From: an uncultured Chloroflexia bacterium
Lineage (GTDB): Bacteria > Chloroflexota > Anaerolineae > Anaerolineales > Villigracilaceae
Assembly: GCA_963757465.1 (NCBI GenBank)
Contig: CAVWRY010000002.1
Coordinates: 72,905 to 136,904, forward strand
Direction of reading: 5' to 3'
Length of the DNA stretch: 64,000 nt
Numbering within the stretch: position 1 is the stretch's first letter; every line of letters starts with the position of its first letter. The notes beneath the pieces were generated by a model. The model did not search any database. It had not been told where the DNA came from and saw nothing but the letters and a program-made list of their open reading frames with translations. A program made the position numbers and the translations under genes. Below, piece by piece: positions 1 through 9,420 of the stretch.

Positions 1-321
1 GGTGTGGGCCGCAAAAAAAGTCTGACTTCGCAACTCTCGAAACGCCGCATGACCGAACAGGCCAGAGCGGATGTGGATGAATCGATTGCGACCATTAAGC
101 AATATAAGCAGCAAATTCAGGATCTGGAGCAAAAGCGCGAACAATTTGTCAGCCAGGTTAATGACAAATGGGCTGCGCTCGTCAACCAGGTCGAAGAAAT
201 CCAAATCCCGGCCAAGAAAAGCGATGTCTTTGTCGAATATTTTGGTGTAGCCTGGCAGCCCTTCTACCTCATCCGCGCCGCCGGAGAAATTTATGAGCTG
301 CCCGGTTTTGGTGCTGAATGA
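1..321 (+). CDS. hypothetical protein, C-terminal fragment (5' end upstream of window)
   Basis: Frame is open from base 1 to TGA 319-321. K/E/Q-rich coiled-coil-like stretch followed by a compact C-terminus. No family recognised. Confidence 0.5.
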   Translation, partial: GVGRKKSLTSQLSKRRMTEQARADVDESIATIKQYKQQIQDLEQKREQFVSQVNDKWAALVNQVEEIQIPAKKSDVFVEYFGVAWQPFYLIRAAGEIYELPGFGAE

Positions 322-330
322 AAACGACAA

Positions 331-362
331 TTGGATATTGGGTGTTCGAATATCGAATATCG
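331..362. repeat. short palindromic element built from CGAATATC / GGATATTG octamers (copy 1)
   Basis: ttggatattgggtgttcgaatatcgaatatcg lies directly after the stop of the first gene. A related element is at 7378-7440. Confidence 0.5.
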
Positions 363-392
363 TCTTTCTCTAACCCTAACAGCTAAAATCGA

Positions 393-1028
393 ATGGCTTT
401 CTTAGGAACAATCTACATCATCATTGCGTCCATCTTGTGGGGTGTTTTGCACTCCATCCTCGCATCGCATACTGTTAAGGGAGCTTTGCGTCGGGCTGCG
501 GGTGGGCCCGCCTTTGACAGGATGTACCGTTTCTCGTACAATTTCTTTGCGCTGTCCAGTCTCTACCCGATTGCGCTGATGCTTTACACCTTTCCAGACC
601 AGCTCCTTTATAAGATTCCGTCCCCCTGGGTCTATCTAACAGCGATTGTTCAGTCGCTTGCCTTGATTGTTCTGGTCTCAGCTGTTGTCCAGACCGGTTT
701 TTCCGAGTTCATTGGCTGGGAACAACTCTCGCAGATTGGTGAAAGTCAGCCGCCCACCCTCATCACCGATGGCTGGTATGCGTATGTCCGGCATCCGTTG
801 TATAGTGGCATTCTGGTCTTCAGTTGGCTCATCCCTGAAATGACTGTTAATCGACTTGCTGTGCTCGCTGTTTTTACCCTCTATCTCTTTGTCGGCGCAT
901 GGTTTGAAGAACGCAAGCTGCTCAAAGATTTCAACCCGGCCTACGCTGAATACAAGGCGCGCCTTCCAATGTTCCTGCCGAAAATCAGTAAAATCATAAA
1001 TCGTAACGCCCCTGATGGAAAAAAATGA
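393..1028 (+). CDS. isoprenylcysteine carboxyl methyltransferase (ICMT/PEMT) family membrane protein
   Basis: Multi-TM protein with the C-terminal signature 'VRHPLYSGILVFSWL...WFEERKLLKDFNPAYAEYKARLP' typical of this family. Confidence 0.75.
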   Translation: MAFLGTIYIIIASILWGVLHSILASHTVKGALRRAAGGPAFDRMYRFSYNFFALSSLYPIALMLYTFPDQLLYKIPSPWVYLTAIVQSLALIVLVSAVVQTGFSEFIGWEQLSQIGESQPPTLITDGWYAYVRHPLYSGILVFSWLIPEMTVNRLAVLAVFTLYLFVGAWFEERKLLKDFNPAYAEYKARLPMFLPKISKIINRNAPDGKK

Positions 1029-2914
1029 CCACACACCGTTTTGTTCGACCCCGCAGAACCCCTAGCGAAGTTGGCGCAATCTGGATGCAGATGGCGCTGG
1101 CTTTGTTTGGCGGCATGATGATCTTTATCCTGCTGCTGTCGATCCCCTCCCTTCTTTATAATATTGTCTATTTTGGCCGCATCCTTCCGGGTGTCTCGGT
1201 GGCGGGGGTTGACCTTTCAGGCATGTCCGTCACAGATGCTACTGCCAAGCTGGACGCATCACTGACCTACCCTATCAGTGGGCACCTCGCTTTCCGTGAT
1301 GGGCAAAATGTCTGGATCGAGTCACCGGCTCAGCTTGGCATGGTTTTTGATGCCACCGCCAGTGCCGAGGCTGCCGCAAATGTTGGGCGCACGTTCAACG
1401 TTTTTCAGAACATTGCCGATCAGGTCGGCGCCGCGCAAACTGGCGTTGACCTTCCACCCATCAGCATTCTCGACCAGCGGATCGCGCATCAATACTTGCA
1501 GGACCTGGCAACCAAAATCAACCGCCCTGTTACCGAAGCCAGTTTGCAGGTCAACGGACTGGATGTAATCGCCCAACCTGGTAAACCGGGCCGCAGCTTG
1601 AATGTGGATGCCACCCTGGTCTATCTCAGCCTGCAGATGAAGTTTTTTCGCGATGGGGAGATACCGCTGACGATCACCGAGCAGGCTCCTGAAATTGGGG
1701 ACGCATCTGCTCAGGCAGATGTCGCCCGCCAGTTGCTTTCTGCCCCTTTGACCCTGTCGCTGCCCGATATGCATACCGGCGACCCTGGACCGTGGCAAAT
1801 CCAGCCGGTTGAACTGGCGTCGATCCTGAAAGTGGGACGCGCCAAGGTTAATGGCAAAATCCAATATGCGTTGCAACTCGACCGCGATGCGCTCCAGATT
1901 CGTCTGGAAGAGATTGCGAAAAACGTCAATCGTGATGCCGAAAACGCCCGTTTCACCTTCAACGACGACACCAAACAGCTTGACTTGATCCAATCGTCCA
2001 TTGTCGGCCTGAACATGGATGTTCCGGGTTCGATTAGCCAGATTGAAACCGCCATCGCCCAAGGTCAGCAAAATGTCATGCTCAAAGTAACCGCCGAACA
2101 GCCCAAGGTCGGCGATCAATCCACCGCCCAGGAACTCCACATCACCGAGAATACCCAGACATACACGTCTTATTTCCGTGGTTCCAGCGCGGCTCGCTTG
2201 CAGAACATTAAGGCTGCCGCCAGCAAATTTCACGGGCTGCTCATTGCCCCCGGAGAAGTTTTCTCGATGGGCAAATATGTGGGTGACATCAGCCTGGATA
2301 ACGGTTTTGCCGAAGCGCTGATTATCTATAATGGGCAAACGATTGTAGGGGTGGGGGGTGGTGTTTGTCAGGTCAGTTCCACGCTGTTCCGCACCGTCTT
2401 TTTGGCAGGGCTTCCTGTCAACGAAAGGCACCCTCATGCCTATCGCGTTTATTATTACGAACAAACTGCTGCTGGCATTGATCCCAACTGGGCCGGGTTG
2501 GATGCGACGGTCTACTTTCCGCTGGTGGATTTCAAATTTACCAATGACAGCGCTTCCTGGATTTTGATGGAAACCTATTTCAACCCGGTCGATTATTCCC
2601 TGACCTGGAAGCTCTACTCTACAAAGGATGGGCGCACTGTCGATTGGCAGACCACTGGCCCAACCAATCCTGTGCCTGCGCTCGCCCCAGTCATTCGGGA
2701 AAACCCCGATCTGAAGGAAGGCGAGATCAAGCATGTTGATTACGCCGCCCAGGGAGCGGATGTGACTGTCAACCGCATTGTCACGCGTGATGGGAAAATT
2801 CTGTTTGTCGATAAATTTGTCACCCAATATCAGCCCTGGGCGGATGTCTGCGAATATGGTCCTGGCACCAAGAATCTCGAAAAACAACTGCGGAAGTTGA
2901 CATACTGTCAGTGA
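1025..2914 (+). CDS. VanW family protein with N-terminal TM anchor
   Basis: VanW core 'GGGVCQVSSTLFRTVFLAGLPVNERHPHAYRVYYYE'. N-terminal TM helix. ATGA overlap with the upstream gene. Confidence 0.85.
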   Translation: MTTHRFVRPRRTPSEVGAIWMQMALALFGGMMIFILLLSIPSLLYNIVYFGRILPGVSVAGVDLSGMSVTDATAKLDASLTYPISGHLAFRDGQNVWIESPAQLGMVFDATASAEAAANVGRTFNVFQNIADQVGAAQTGVDLPPISILDQRIAHQYLQDLATKINRPVTEASLQVNGLDVIAQPGKPGRSLNVDATLVYLSLQMKFFRDGEIPLTITEQAPEIGDASAQADVARQLLSAPLTLSLPDMHTGDPGPWQIQPVELASILKVGRAKVNGKIQYALQLDRDALQIRLEEIAKNVNRDAENARFTFNDDTKQLDLIQSSIVGLNMDVPGSISQIETAIAQGQQNVMLKVTAEQPKVGDQSTAQELHITENTQTYTSYFRGSSAARLQNIKAAASKFHGLLIAPGEVFSMGKYVGDISLDNGFAEALIIYNGQTIVGVGGGVCQVSSTLFRTVFLAGLPVNERHPHAYRVYYYEQTAAGIDPNWAGLDATVYFPLVDFKFTNDSASWILMETYFNPVDYSLTWKLYSTKDGRTVDWQTTGPTNPVPALAPVIRENPDLKEGEIKHVDYAAQGADVTVNRIVTRDGKILFVDKFVTQYQPWADVCEYGPGTKNLEKQLRKLTYCQ

Positions 2915-2980
2915 TGAAAATTTCCCTGCATGGGTATGGTACAATTTCCCATCTATATTGCAACCTTAAGGAGATTAAAG

Positions 2981-3199
2981 ATGATCGCTCAAGATTTGAT
3001 GGAAGTATTGCGCTGCCCAGTTTGCGTCCGCGAGAAGAAGGGTATTCTTGAAGTTTCTCGGGATTCCTGGCTCGTTTGTAAAGATTGCAATCGCAAGTAC
3101 CCCATTGTCGATAATATCCCTGTCATGCTCATTGACGAAGGCGACAAGTGGGTCACCACTGCCCTGGAAAGTTTGCCCGTTCCGCCCCCTGCCCGTTAG
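2981..3199 (+). CDS. Trm112 family zinc-ribbon protein
   Basis: 'LRCPVC...CKDCNRKYPIVDNIPVMLIDE'. AAGGAG RBS about 8 nt upstream of ATG 2981 (track ORF starts at 2930). Confidence 0.8.
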   Translation: MIAQDLMEVLRCPVCVREKKGILEVSRDSWLVCKDCNRKYPIVDNIPVMLIDEGDKWVTTALESLPVPPPAR

Positions 3200-3290
3200 T
3201 TTGATTGTGTTGATTGGAATTCTTTGAAAAACGAGATGTGCTCTTTCAGCAAAGAAACGATTCTTTCTGGCATGAGCAGACAAAAAAACT

Positions 3291-4778
3291 ATGAAAATTA
3301 ACTTTAAACCAACAACCGGCCAGATCATACTTGGTGTCGTTGCCTTGGTTCTGTTTGTGGCAGCCTTCATTGGTGTCAATTCTCTTGTTTCTGGGTGGTG
3401 TTTGAGCCCCATTGAAGGCGATGCCGTTAATGGCTGTGGTCAAAAGGCTGCAGTTGCTACACCAACCCTTACCGCCGGTGAAACCCCCGGGACTCCCATT
3501 CCCCAGGCCACAGATGTTGCCAAAGCCCCCGAAGTGGATTTACCCGTCCCCTGGGATGGGGCCAGCCGCGTCAACGTGCTGATACTGGGTCTCGATAGCG
3601 AAGTTGCTGTTGATAAAGACGGGAATGTTTTACCCGTCAGCCCAGATCGTCAAGGCCCAGCCCGCTCGGATACGATGATTGTGCTGACGCTTGACCCGCA
3701 GACCAAAACAGCCGGGATGATTTCCATTCCGCGTGATATGTTGGTTAACATTCCGAATTATGGCTACAGCCGCATTAATACAGCGTATTATGATGGCGAA
3801 GCTGATAAGCTGCCTGGTGGTGGCCCTGCTTTGGCGATGAAAACCGTCGAACAATTTCTGGGTGTCCCCATTCAGTATTATGCACAGGTTGAGTTTTGGG
3901 CCTTTTCCAAGTTCATTGACGATATCGGAAAAATCAATGTTTTTGTGCCCAAGAAAATCAGCGTTGATCCAATTGGTCCTGGTGCCGATGACTGGGTATT
4001 CTCGGCAGGCTGGCACTTGATGAATGGTTCAAGAGCGCTGGCCTATGTGCGCAACCGCCACACCGCCAACGGCGATGTGGATCGTTCGCAGCGTCAGCAG
4101 GATGTTATTTTTGCCATCCGAGACCGCATTCTTAGCCCGGATAATTTCACCTCGCTGGTGGCGAATGCCCAATACCTTTACAATGACTTGCAAAGTGGCA
4201 TCCATACCAACATGACTTTTGAGCAGATGATGCAGTTGGGCATGTTGGCCAAGGATATTCCAAAAGAACAGATCAAGCGTGGCTTGATTGATAACTCAAT
4301 GGTGACTGAGGGCAATATTACCCTTGGCGGTCAGGCTGCAGCGGTACTTCGTCCGATTACCGACAAGGTGCGTGTGTTGCGTGATGAGATTTTTGCTACT
4401 GGCGGTGCGACCAGCCCGTTAGCAAAAGGCGCAAATGCGCTGGAAGTGGCAAAACAGGAAAATGCGACGGTGATTGTTTTGAACGGTACCTTTACGCAGG
4501 GCATTGCCATCCAGACTGGTGATTACCTGAAAACTCAGGGCATCAATATCATCAACAATGGTAATGCTAATCAAAGTACGGGCGTGACCAAAATAATCGA
4601 TCACAGCGGGCGGCCTGCAACGGTGAAGTATCTTAAAGAATTGTTTGGCGTTACCAGTAGCGCGCAAATTATCTGTGCTTACGATCCCACTATTCCCGGC
4701 TATGACCCCAATGCGCCCGCTGATATTGAGATTATTCTTGGCGACGACTGGGTAAATAAAAATCCCATGCCCAAATAA
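3291..4778 (+). CDS. LytR-CpsA-Psr (LCP) family cell-wall glycopolymer transferase
   Basis: N-terminal TM helix. LCP motifs 'VNVLILGLDS', 'RSDTMIVLTLDP', 'ISIPRD', 'INTAYYDG'. C-terminal LytR_C-like domain. Confidence 0.9.
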   Translation: MKINFKPTTGQIILGVVALVLFVAAFIGVNSLVSGWCLSPIEGDAVNGCGQKAAVATPTLTAGETPGTPIPQATDVAKAPEVDLPVPWDGASRVNVLILGLDSEVAVDKDGNVLPVSPDRQGPARSDTMIVLTLDPQTKTAGMISIPRDMLVNIPNYGYSRINTAYYDGEADKLPGGGPALAMKTVEQFLGVPIQYYAQVEFWAFSKFIDDIGKINVFVPKKISVDPIGPGADDWVFSAGWHLMNGSRALAYVRNRHTANGDVDRSQRQQDVIFAIRDRILSPDNFTSLVANAQYLYNDLQSGIHTNMTFEQMMQLGMLAKDIPKEQIKRGLIDNSMVTEGNITLGGQAAAVLRPITDKVRVLRDEIFATGGATSPLAKGANALEVAKQENATVIVLNGTFTQGIAIQTGDYLKTQGINIINNGNANQSTGVTKIIDHSGRPATVKYLKELFGVTSSAQIICAYDPTIPGYDPNAPADIEIILGDDWVNKNPMPK

Positions 4779-4793
4779 GCAAATCGATTAAAC

Positions 4794-4831
4794 AAAAAAC
4801 TGGTTCATCGAATTCGATGAACCAGTTTTTT
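4794..4831. terminator. bidirectional rho-independent terminator
   Basis: aaaaaactggttcatcgaattcgatgaaccagtttttt: perfect stem flanked by an A-run and a T-run, between convergent genes. Confidence 0.85.
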
Positions 4832-4875
4832 GTTTAAGACCGACTGTTGCTCTGTGTGTAGCTCTCGTAATTTGG

Positions 4876-5784
4876 CTAAGGTTCTTTGAAATCGAGATGG
4901 ATGCCGCCAATGGACTGGCTACCGTCCTTGGCGGTGCAGGCGGATGTAATTATGCCAGTCACGCGTGTCTTGCCGTCGCTCAAACTCAAGGCATATTCCA
5001 CATTGGCCGACAGCACAAAATCAGCGTAGCCGTAGCCAAGCTCGGGTTTCAAGCCACTAAAGAAGTGTCCTTCACCGCCAGCCCAGGTAATCACCAGTTC
5101 GACCCCAGCGATGGGTTGATCGTTTGAGTTTTTGAGTGAGACTTGCAGCAGACCGGGTTGGCTTGGTTCGCAAAATTCGGCTTTGTTTGCCAGGTTAAAT
5201 GGCGGACCCGGTGTGAAGGTGGCGGTAAATGTTGGGCGTGGCGCAAGGCTAATAGCGGATGTCGGCAGCGGGGATGGCGTTGCCGCAGCAGTGCCAGGAG
5301 ACTCAAGGGTAGGGGTTTCGCTCTCAGCAGGGGAAACGGTCTCAGTAGCGCTGCCGGTTGCCGGTGTGGATGTTTCGGGGCCGAGCGTGTCCTGCGCAGC
5401 GACCGATGAAGCTTCAGGGGAGGCCGGGATCGTTGTCGGCTCGGTATCTGCTTTCATCAGGGCATCTGAAAGAACCGACAGGCTGCGCACTACGCTTGGC
5501 GCTGCATTATTGGACAGCATTCGCTGCGTTTGGTCGCCAAGCATTTGGAGGGTATTTCCATCCTGCAGCAGCGCCAGACGCGCCTTGGCGCGCCCCAGGT
5601 TGCCCGTGGCGGCGTAGGATGCAGCAATCATGTAGCGATATTCATCCTTGAAGTCTGCGCGCAGGTTGGCAGGCAGGCCCGCCTGATATTGCACAGGGAA
5701 AAGCTGCCAGGCGATCAAAAGCCCCAGCCCGATGCCCAGAATAAGCCCTGTCAACAAGTACCACTGACCACGTGCCTGGTTCAT
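4876..5784 (-). CDS. membrane-anchored hypothetical protein (TM, helical domain, Ser/Thr/Pro linker, beta-rich C-terminal domain)
   Basis: N-terminal TM 'WYLLTGLILGIGLGLLIAW'. N-domain is paralogous to the upstream gene 5781-6146. Low-complexity 'PTTIPASPEASS...TPSPLPTS' linker. Confidence 0.7.
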   Translation of the reverse strand: MNQARGQWYLLTGLILGIGLGLLIAWQLFPVQYQAGLPANLRADFKDEYRYMIAASYAATGNLGRAKARLALLQDGNTLQMLGDQTQRMLSNNAAPSVVRSLSVLSDALMKADTEPTTIPASPEASSVAAQDTLGPETSTPATGSATETVSPAESETPTLESPGTAAATPSPLPTSAISLAPRPTFTATFTPGPPFNLANKAEFCEPSQPGLLQVSLKNSNDQPIAGVELVITWAGGEGHFFSGLKPELGYGYADFVLSANVEYALSLSDGKTRVTGIITSACTAKDGSQSIGGIHLDFKEP

Positions 5785-6146
5785 GGGGTTGCTCCGGCGG
5801 TTGGTGCTGGTTGTTGAAGTTGCAGGGCCAATACCAGGTCTTGCAGCAGGGCTACATCTGCCGAACTATAGCCATTTTTCTTTGCAAACGAAAGTGACTG
5901 GGTGGCAATATCGGCGGGGGGCTGGGTGCCAAGCGTGCTGATGCGCTCTGCGGCAAGATCAATATTCTGGTCGCTCTGAAACACTTCCGCGATCATCAGC
6001 GTATAATCGGTCTGGTAGTCAATGCGCAGGGTGGTGGGGGCCGTATCCCTATATTGGATGGGGTCAACCACCCAGCCATAGTATAGGCTCAGGCCGAGCC
6101 CCAGGGCGAGCGAAAGAAAGAAGAGAATCAGGCGGCGGGTCGTCAT
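5781..6146 (-). CDS. membrane-anchored hypothetical protein, short paralog of 4876-5784
   Basis: Start moved to 'MTTRRLILFFLSLALGLGL' (track ORF extends to 6374). 'LRIDYQTDYTLMIAEVF' aligns with 'LRADFKDEYRYMIAASY' of the next gene. ATGA stop/start overlap. Confidence 0.65.
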   Translation of the reverse strand: MTTRRLILFFLSLALGLGLSLYYGWVVDPIQYRDTAPTTLRIDYQTDYTLMIAEVFQSDQNIDLAAERISTLGTQPPADIATQSLSFAKKNGYSSADVALLQDLVLALQLQQPAPTAGATP

Positions 6147-6443
6147 AGTTGTGGTGGTTTGGGGAATTTTCTCGATGATCGATCTTAACAAAATGTCCGG
6201 ACAGGGAACCGGCGGCACCCAGAAACGCCTCCTTACCGTTGCTTCCTTTCGGATCTGGCGGGGTTCGCAGGGTTCTGCCGCGCCGGGCCTGCCCGGACGG
6301 GCGTAAGGATACTCGAACTGGGGTGTGGTGTCAATAAAGCGGGGCCAATCTGCTCGCTGAAAAACTTTACGCAATCTTTATCTTTTTTTCAAATGGCCTT
6401 CACGTTCAAATTTTATACTTGGGTCAGAAAAGGAGATTTACCC

Positions 6444-7370
6444 ATGAACAATATTCTAAAGGTTTCACTGATCGTTCTGGCAGGGCTCGTCATTGCAGGC
6501 GGATTGTTCTTTGCCGGGAGCATGTTTGGCAATCTGATGTCGCGGCGGATGGGCGTTTCTGCCCCTGGAGCAAATTCGCAACTCCCCGGGAACGGCCCCG
6601 GTAATCCGGGAGGTGTCCAGCCAAACCAAAATGGTAATAGCGGTATCATGCCCGGCCAACGCGGCGGGCTGCGTCAGGGACAGCAAGGTGGCCCCATGCA
6701 ACGCGGTGGCGGACGCATGGGCGGTCGGAATGGTGGTCCCGGCATGGGTGGCTGGATGAGCCCAGGCGGCATGATGCAGGGACAAAATATCACGCCCCTG
6801 ACCGCTGACGAAGCCAAAAAAGCAGCGCAGGATTACATTACTTCGCTCAAGATCGACGGACTGGAAGTTGGCGAAGTACTGACCTTTAACACCAATGCTT
6901 ATGTTGTCGTCAAAGAAACCGCGACTGGCAATGGCGCTTTTGAACTGATGGTTGATCCATTCAACAAAATTGCCCACCCGCTTATGGGTCCCGCCAGCGC
7001 CTGGAATCTGAAATATGGCGGTGTGCTCCAGGCGAACAGGCCTTATCGTCCAATGATGATGGGTCAAAACGCTGGAGCAACTGCTACTCCTGCTGCTACC
7101 CCTGCCGCTACGGCTGCTCCAGCGGCCACTCCGGCGGATATCTCAGCAGATATGCCCATCAGCGCAGACCAGGCCATCAAAGACGCGCAGACCTATCTGG
7201 ATGCCCATTATGCTGGCACAACGGCTGCCACAACAGCGTTCAAGTTCTATGGCTATTACACGATCGACTTTTTGAAAGATGGCAAAGTCATTGGGAAACT
7301 CAGCGTCAATGGCTATAATGGACAGGTGGTTGGTCGCGCCTGGCGTGGAATAGTGACCAGTAATCCGTAA
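6444..7370 (+). CDS. membrane-anchored protein with Gly/Met-rich region and two PepSY-like domains
   Basis: AGGAGA RBS before ATG 6444. TM 'VSLIVLAGLVIAGGLFFAG'. 'GGPMQRGGGRMGGRNGGPGMGGWMSPGGMMQGQ'. PepSY-like 'ADEAKKAAQDYI...' and 'ADQAIKDAQTYL...'. Confidence 0.75.
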   Translation: MNNILKVSLIVLAGLVIAGGLFFAGSMFGNLMSRRMGVSAPGANSQLPGNGPGNPGGVQPNQNGNSGIMPGQRGGLRQGQQGGPMQRGGGRMGGRNGGPGMGGWMSPGGMMQGQNITPLTADEAKKAAQDYITSLKIDGLEVGEVLTFNTNAYVVVKETATGNGAFELMVDPFNKIAHPLMGPASAWNLKYGGVLQANRPYRPMMMGQNAGATATPAATPAATAAPAATPADISADMPISADQAIKDAQTYLDAHYAGTTAATTAFKFYGYYTIDFLKDGKVIGKLSVNGYNGQVVGRAWRGIVTSNP

Positions 7371-7377
7371 TCAATGC

Positions 7378-7440
7378 AACGATATTGGATATTCGTTATT
7401 CAGAATCTAACGAGTATCCAATATCGAATTATCGAATATC
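7378..7440. repeat. palindromic element built from CGAATATC / GGATATTCG octamers (copy 2)
   Basis: cgatattggatattcg...tatccaatatcgaattatcgaatatc. Inner dyad is ggatattcgtta/taacgagtatcc. Lies in the 75-nt gap upstream of the response regulator. Confidence 0.5.
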
Positions 7441-7445
7441 TTCCT

Positions 7446-8147
7446 ATGCCCAAAATTCTCATCGTTGACGACGAACCATCCATTATCACCCTCGTAAGCG
7501 CCTACCTGAAACCGGAAGGCTATGAAGTCTTGACTGCCAGCGATGGCCCAACCGGGTTGAAGATGGCGAAGTCTTACAAGCCCGATCTTGTCGTGCTCGA
7601 CTTGATGCTCCCTGGCATGGATGGGATTGAAATCCTGACGCGCTTGCGTCGCGAGTCGGATGTCTACGTCATCCTGCTCACGGCGCGCACCGAGGAAACC
7701 GACAAGATCGTCGGCCTGTCGGTTGGGGCGGATGACTACGTCACGAAACCATTCAGCCCCCGCGAACTGGTAGCGAGAATCAAAGCGGCGCTGCGCCGTC
7801 TGCAAACGGGAGCAAGCGCAGGTGAATCTGCACTTCTCTCGTTTAAACGGGTGCAGATCGATGCCAGTGCCCGCACCGTCATCGTGGACGGCCATCTGGC
7901 GGATTTAACCGCCATCGAATTTGATCTGCTCAAAGCGCTTGCTGAAAATCGCGGACGCGTGCTGACCCGCGAGCGCCTGATCGAGAAGGTCTGGGGTGGC
8001 GAATATTTTGGCGAAATGCGCGTTGTGGATGTACATCTCGGCCACTTGCGCCAAAAACTTGGCACTTCGACAAGCTCAGTGCAAGCCCTTCCTTTGATTG
8101 TTACCGTGCGCAGTGTGGGCTACCGCTTCGAGGATGAGCCGCTATGA
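7446..8147 (+). CDS. OmpR/PhoB-family response regulator
   Basis: Receiver 'ILIVDDEP...DLVVLDLMLPGMDG'. Winged helix 'TAIEFDLLKALAENRGRVLTRERL...VDVHLGHLRQKL...SVGYRF'. Confidence 0.93.
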   Translation: MPKILIVDDEPSIITLVSAYLKPEGYEVLTASDGPTGLKMAKSYKPDLVVLDLMLPGMDGIEILTRLRRESDVYVILLTARTEETDKIVGLSVGADDYVTKPFSPRELVARIKAALRRLQTGASAGESALLSFKRVQIDASARTVIVDGHLADLTAIEFDLLKALAENRGRVLTRERLIEKVWGGEYFGEMRVVDVHLGHLRQKLGTSTSSVQALPLIVTVRSVGYRFEDEPL

Positions 8148-9286
8148 TCGATGAATTACGCAGTCATCTGAGCGTCAAGATCCTGCTTTCATACCTGGCT
8201 GTCATTTTACTGGCGGCGTTCATCATGGTCAGCGCTACGCAAATCACCCTGCCTGGCGCATTTAGCCGTCATCTGGGCGACATGAATCCGCAGATGATGA
8301 GCGACCGTCCGCTCGGTGGGCCTCCCCAGAACCGTCCTAACTTCATCCCTGATCTTTACAATGGTTTTCGCGCCAGCTTCAATGATGCGCTGACCCTTGC
8401 CCTGTTGGCCTCCGGGCTGGCGGCGCTGGGCGTCAGCCTGTTTTTTAGTCGCAGCATTGTTGCGCCTTTGCAAGCCATCATGAAGGCATCCCAGCGTATT
8501 GCCGACGGACACTTTGACGAGCGCGTGCGCGTTACAGGCACCGACGAACTTGCCCAGCTTGGCAGGCGCTTCAACCGCATGACGGAGCGTCTCGAGCAGA
8601 CCGAACTGATGCGTCGTCAACTGCTTGGGGATGTCAGCCACGAGTTGCGCACACCGTTGACGGCGATTGGCGGCTACATGGAAGGCCTGATTGACGGTGT
8701 GCTGCCCGCTACGCCCGAAACCTACGAACAGGTGCGTCATGAAGCCCTGCGCCTGAGTCGCCTTGTCGACGATTTGCAGGAACTCAGCCGTGTTGAGTCG
8801 CATTCGTTTCAACTGGATTTGCGCCCGATGGCATTGTCGATCCCTTTGGCGACGGCTGCCAGACGGTTGGCCCGGCCCCTTGAAGAAAAACGCATCACCC
8901 TTACCCTCAGCCTGCCCGCGGATTTGCCAGCCGTTCTGGCGGACGAGGATCGCCTGACCCAGGTGCTGACGAATTTGCTCGGCAATGCAGTGGCCTACAC
9001 CCCGGCGGATGGCACTGTGACTGTTTCGGCGGCGCAGCGCGGTAACGAAGTGCGCGTCACCATCACAGATAGTGGCATTGGCATTCCTGCCGAGCATTTG
9101 CCCTATATCTTTGACCGTTTCTATCGTGTTGATGCATCTCGCTCGCGCGGCGCAGGTGGCGGCTCCGGCATCGGCCTGACGATTGCCCGCCATCTTGTCG
9201 AGGCGCATGGCGGTCGCATCCAGGTCGAAAGCGCCGGGGAAGGCAAAGGCAGTGCTTTTACCTTTACCTTGCAGGTGGCAAAATGA
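8144..9286 (+). CDS. sensor histidine kinase (TM-HAMP-HisKA-HATPase_c)
   Basis: H-box 'SHELRTPLT'. 'LGNAVAYT', 'DSGIGIP', 'GGSGIGLTIAR'. ATGA overlap with the regulator. Confidence 0.93.
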   Translation: MIDELRSHLSVKILLSYLAVILLAAFIMVSATQITLPGAFSRHLGDMNPQMMSDRPLGGPPQNRPNFIPDLYNGFRASFNDALTLALLASGLAALGVSLFFSRSIVAPLQAIMKASQRIADGHFDERVRVTGTDELAQLGRRFNRMTERLEQTELMRRQLLGDVSHELRTPLTAIGGYMEGLIDGVLPATPETYEQVRHEALRLSRLVDDLQELSRVESHSFQLDLRPMALSIPLATAARRLARPLEEKRITLTLSLPADLPAVLADEDRLTQVLTNLLGNAVAYTPADGTVTVSAAQRGNEVRVTITDSGIGIPAEHLPYIFDRFYRVDASRSRGAGGGSGIGLTIARHLVEAHGGRIQVESAGEGKGSAFTFTLQVAK

Positions 9287-9387
9287 CTAAACAAGGTTAT
9301 CGGGCAAACGCCAGTCAGCCGTAGGGCAGGCGTCAAGCAGTTCGCAGCCACACGTGATAAAGTAAGGCTACTTCTCCTCCTTAACAA

Positions 9388-9420
9388 AGAGAGCCGGGGT
9401 CGGCGTCCCCGGCTCTCTTG
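9388..9420 (+). terminator. putative rho-independent terminator
   Basis: agagagccgggg-tcggcgt-ccccggctctct: 12-bp GC-rich stem with a weak T tract. Confidence 0.55.

Noticed and set aside
1322-2944. 540-aa ORF antisense to the VanW gene. Similar long antisense ORFs occur at 8207-9208 (HK), 12295-13230 (fba), 50264-50857 (eda) and 59163-60029 (katG).
   Set aside because: Each lies entirely opposite a gene with clear family motifs. They are Arg/Gly/Ala-rich with no recognisable domain or RBS. These are shadow ORFs typical of GC-biased coding regions.
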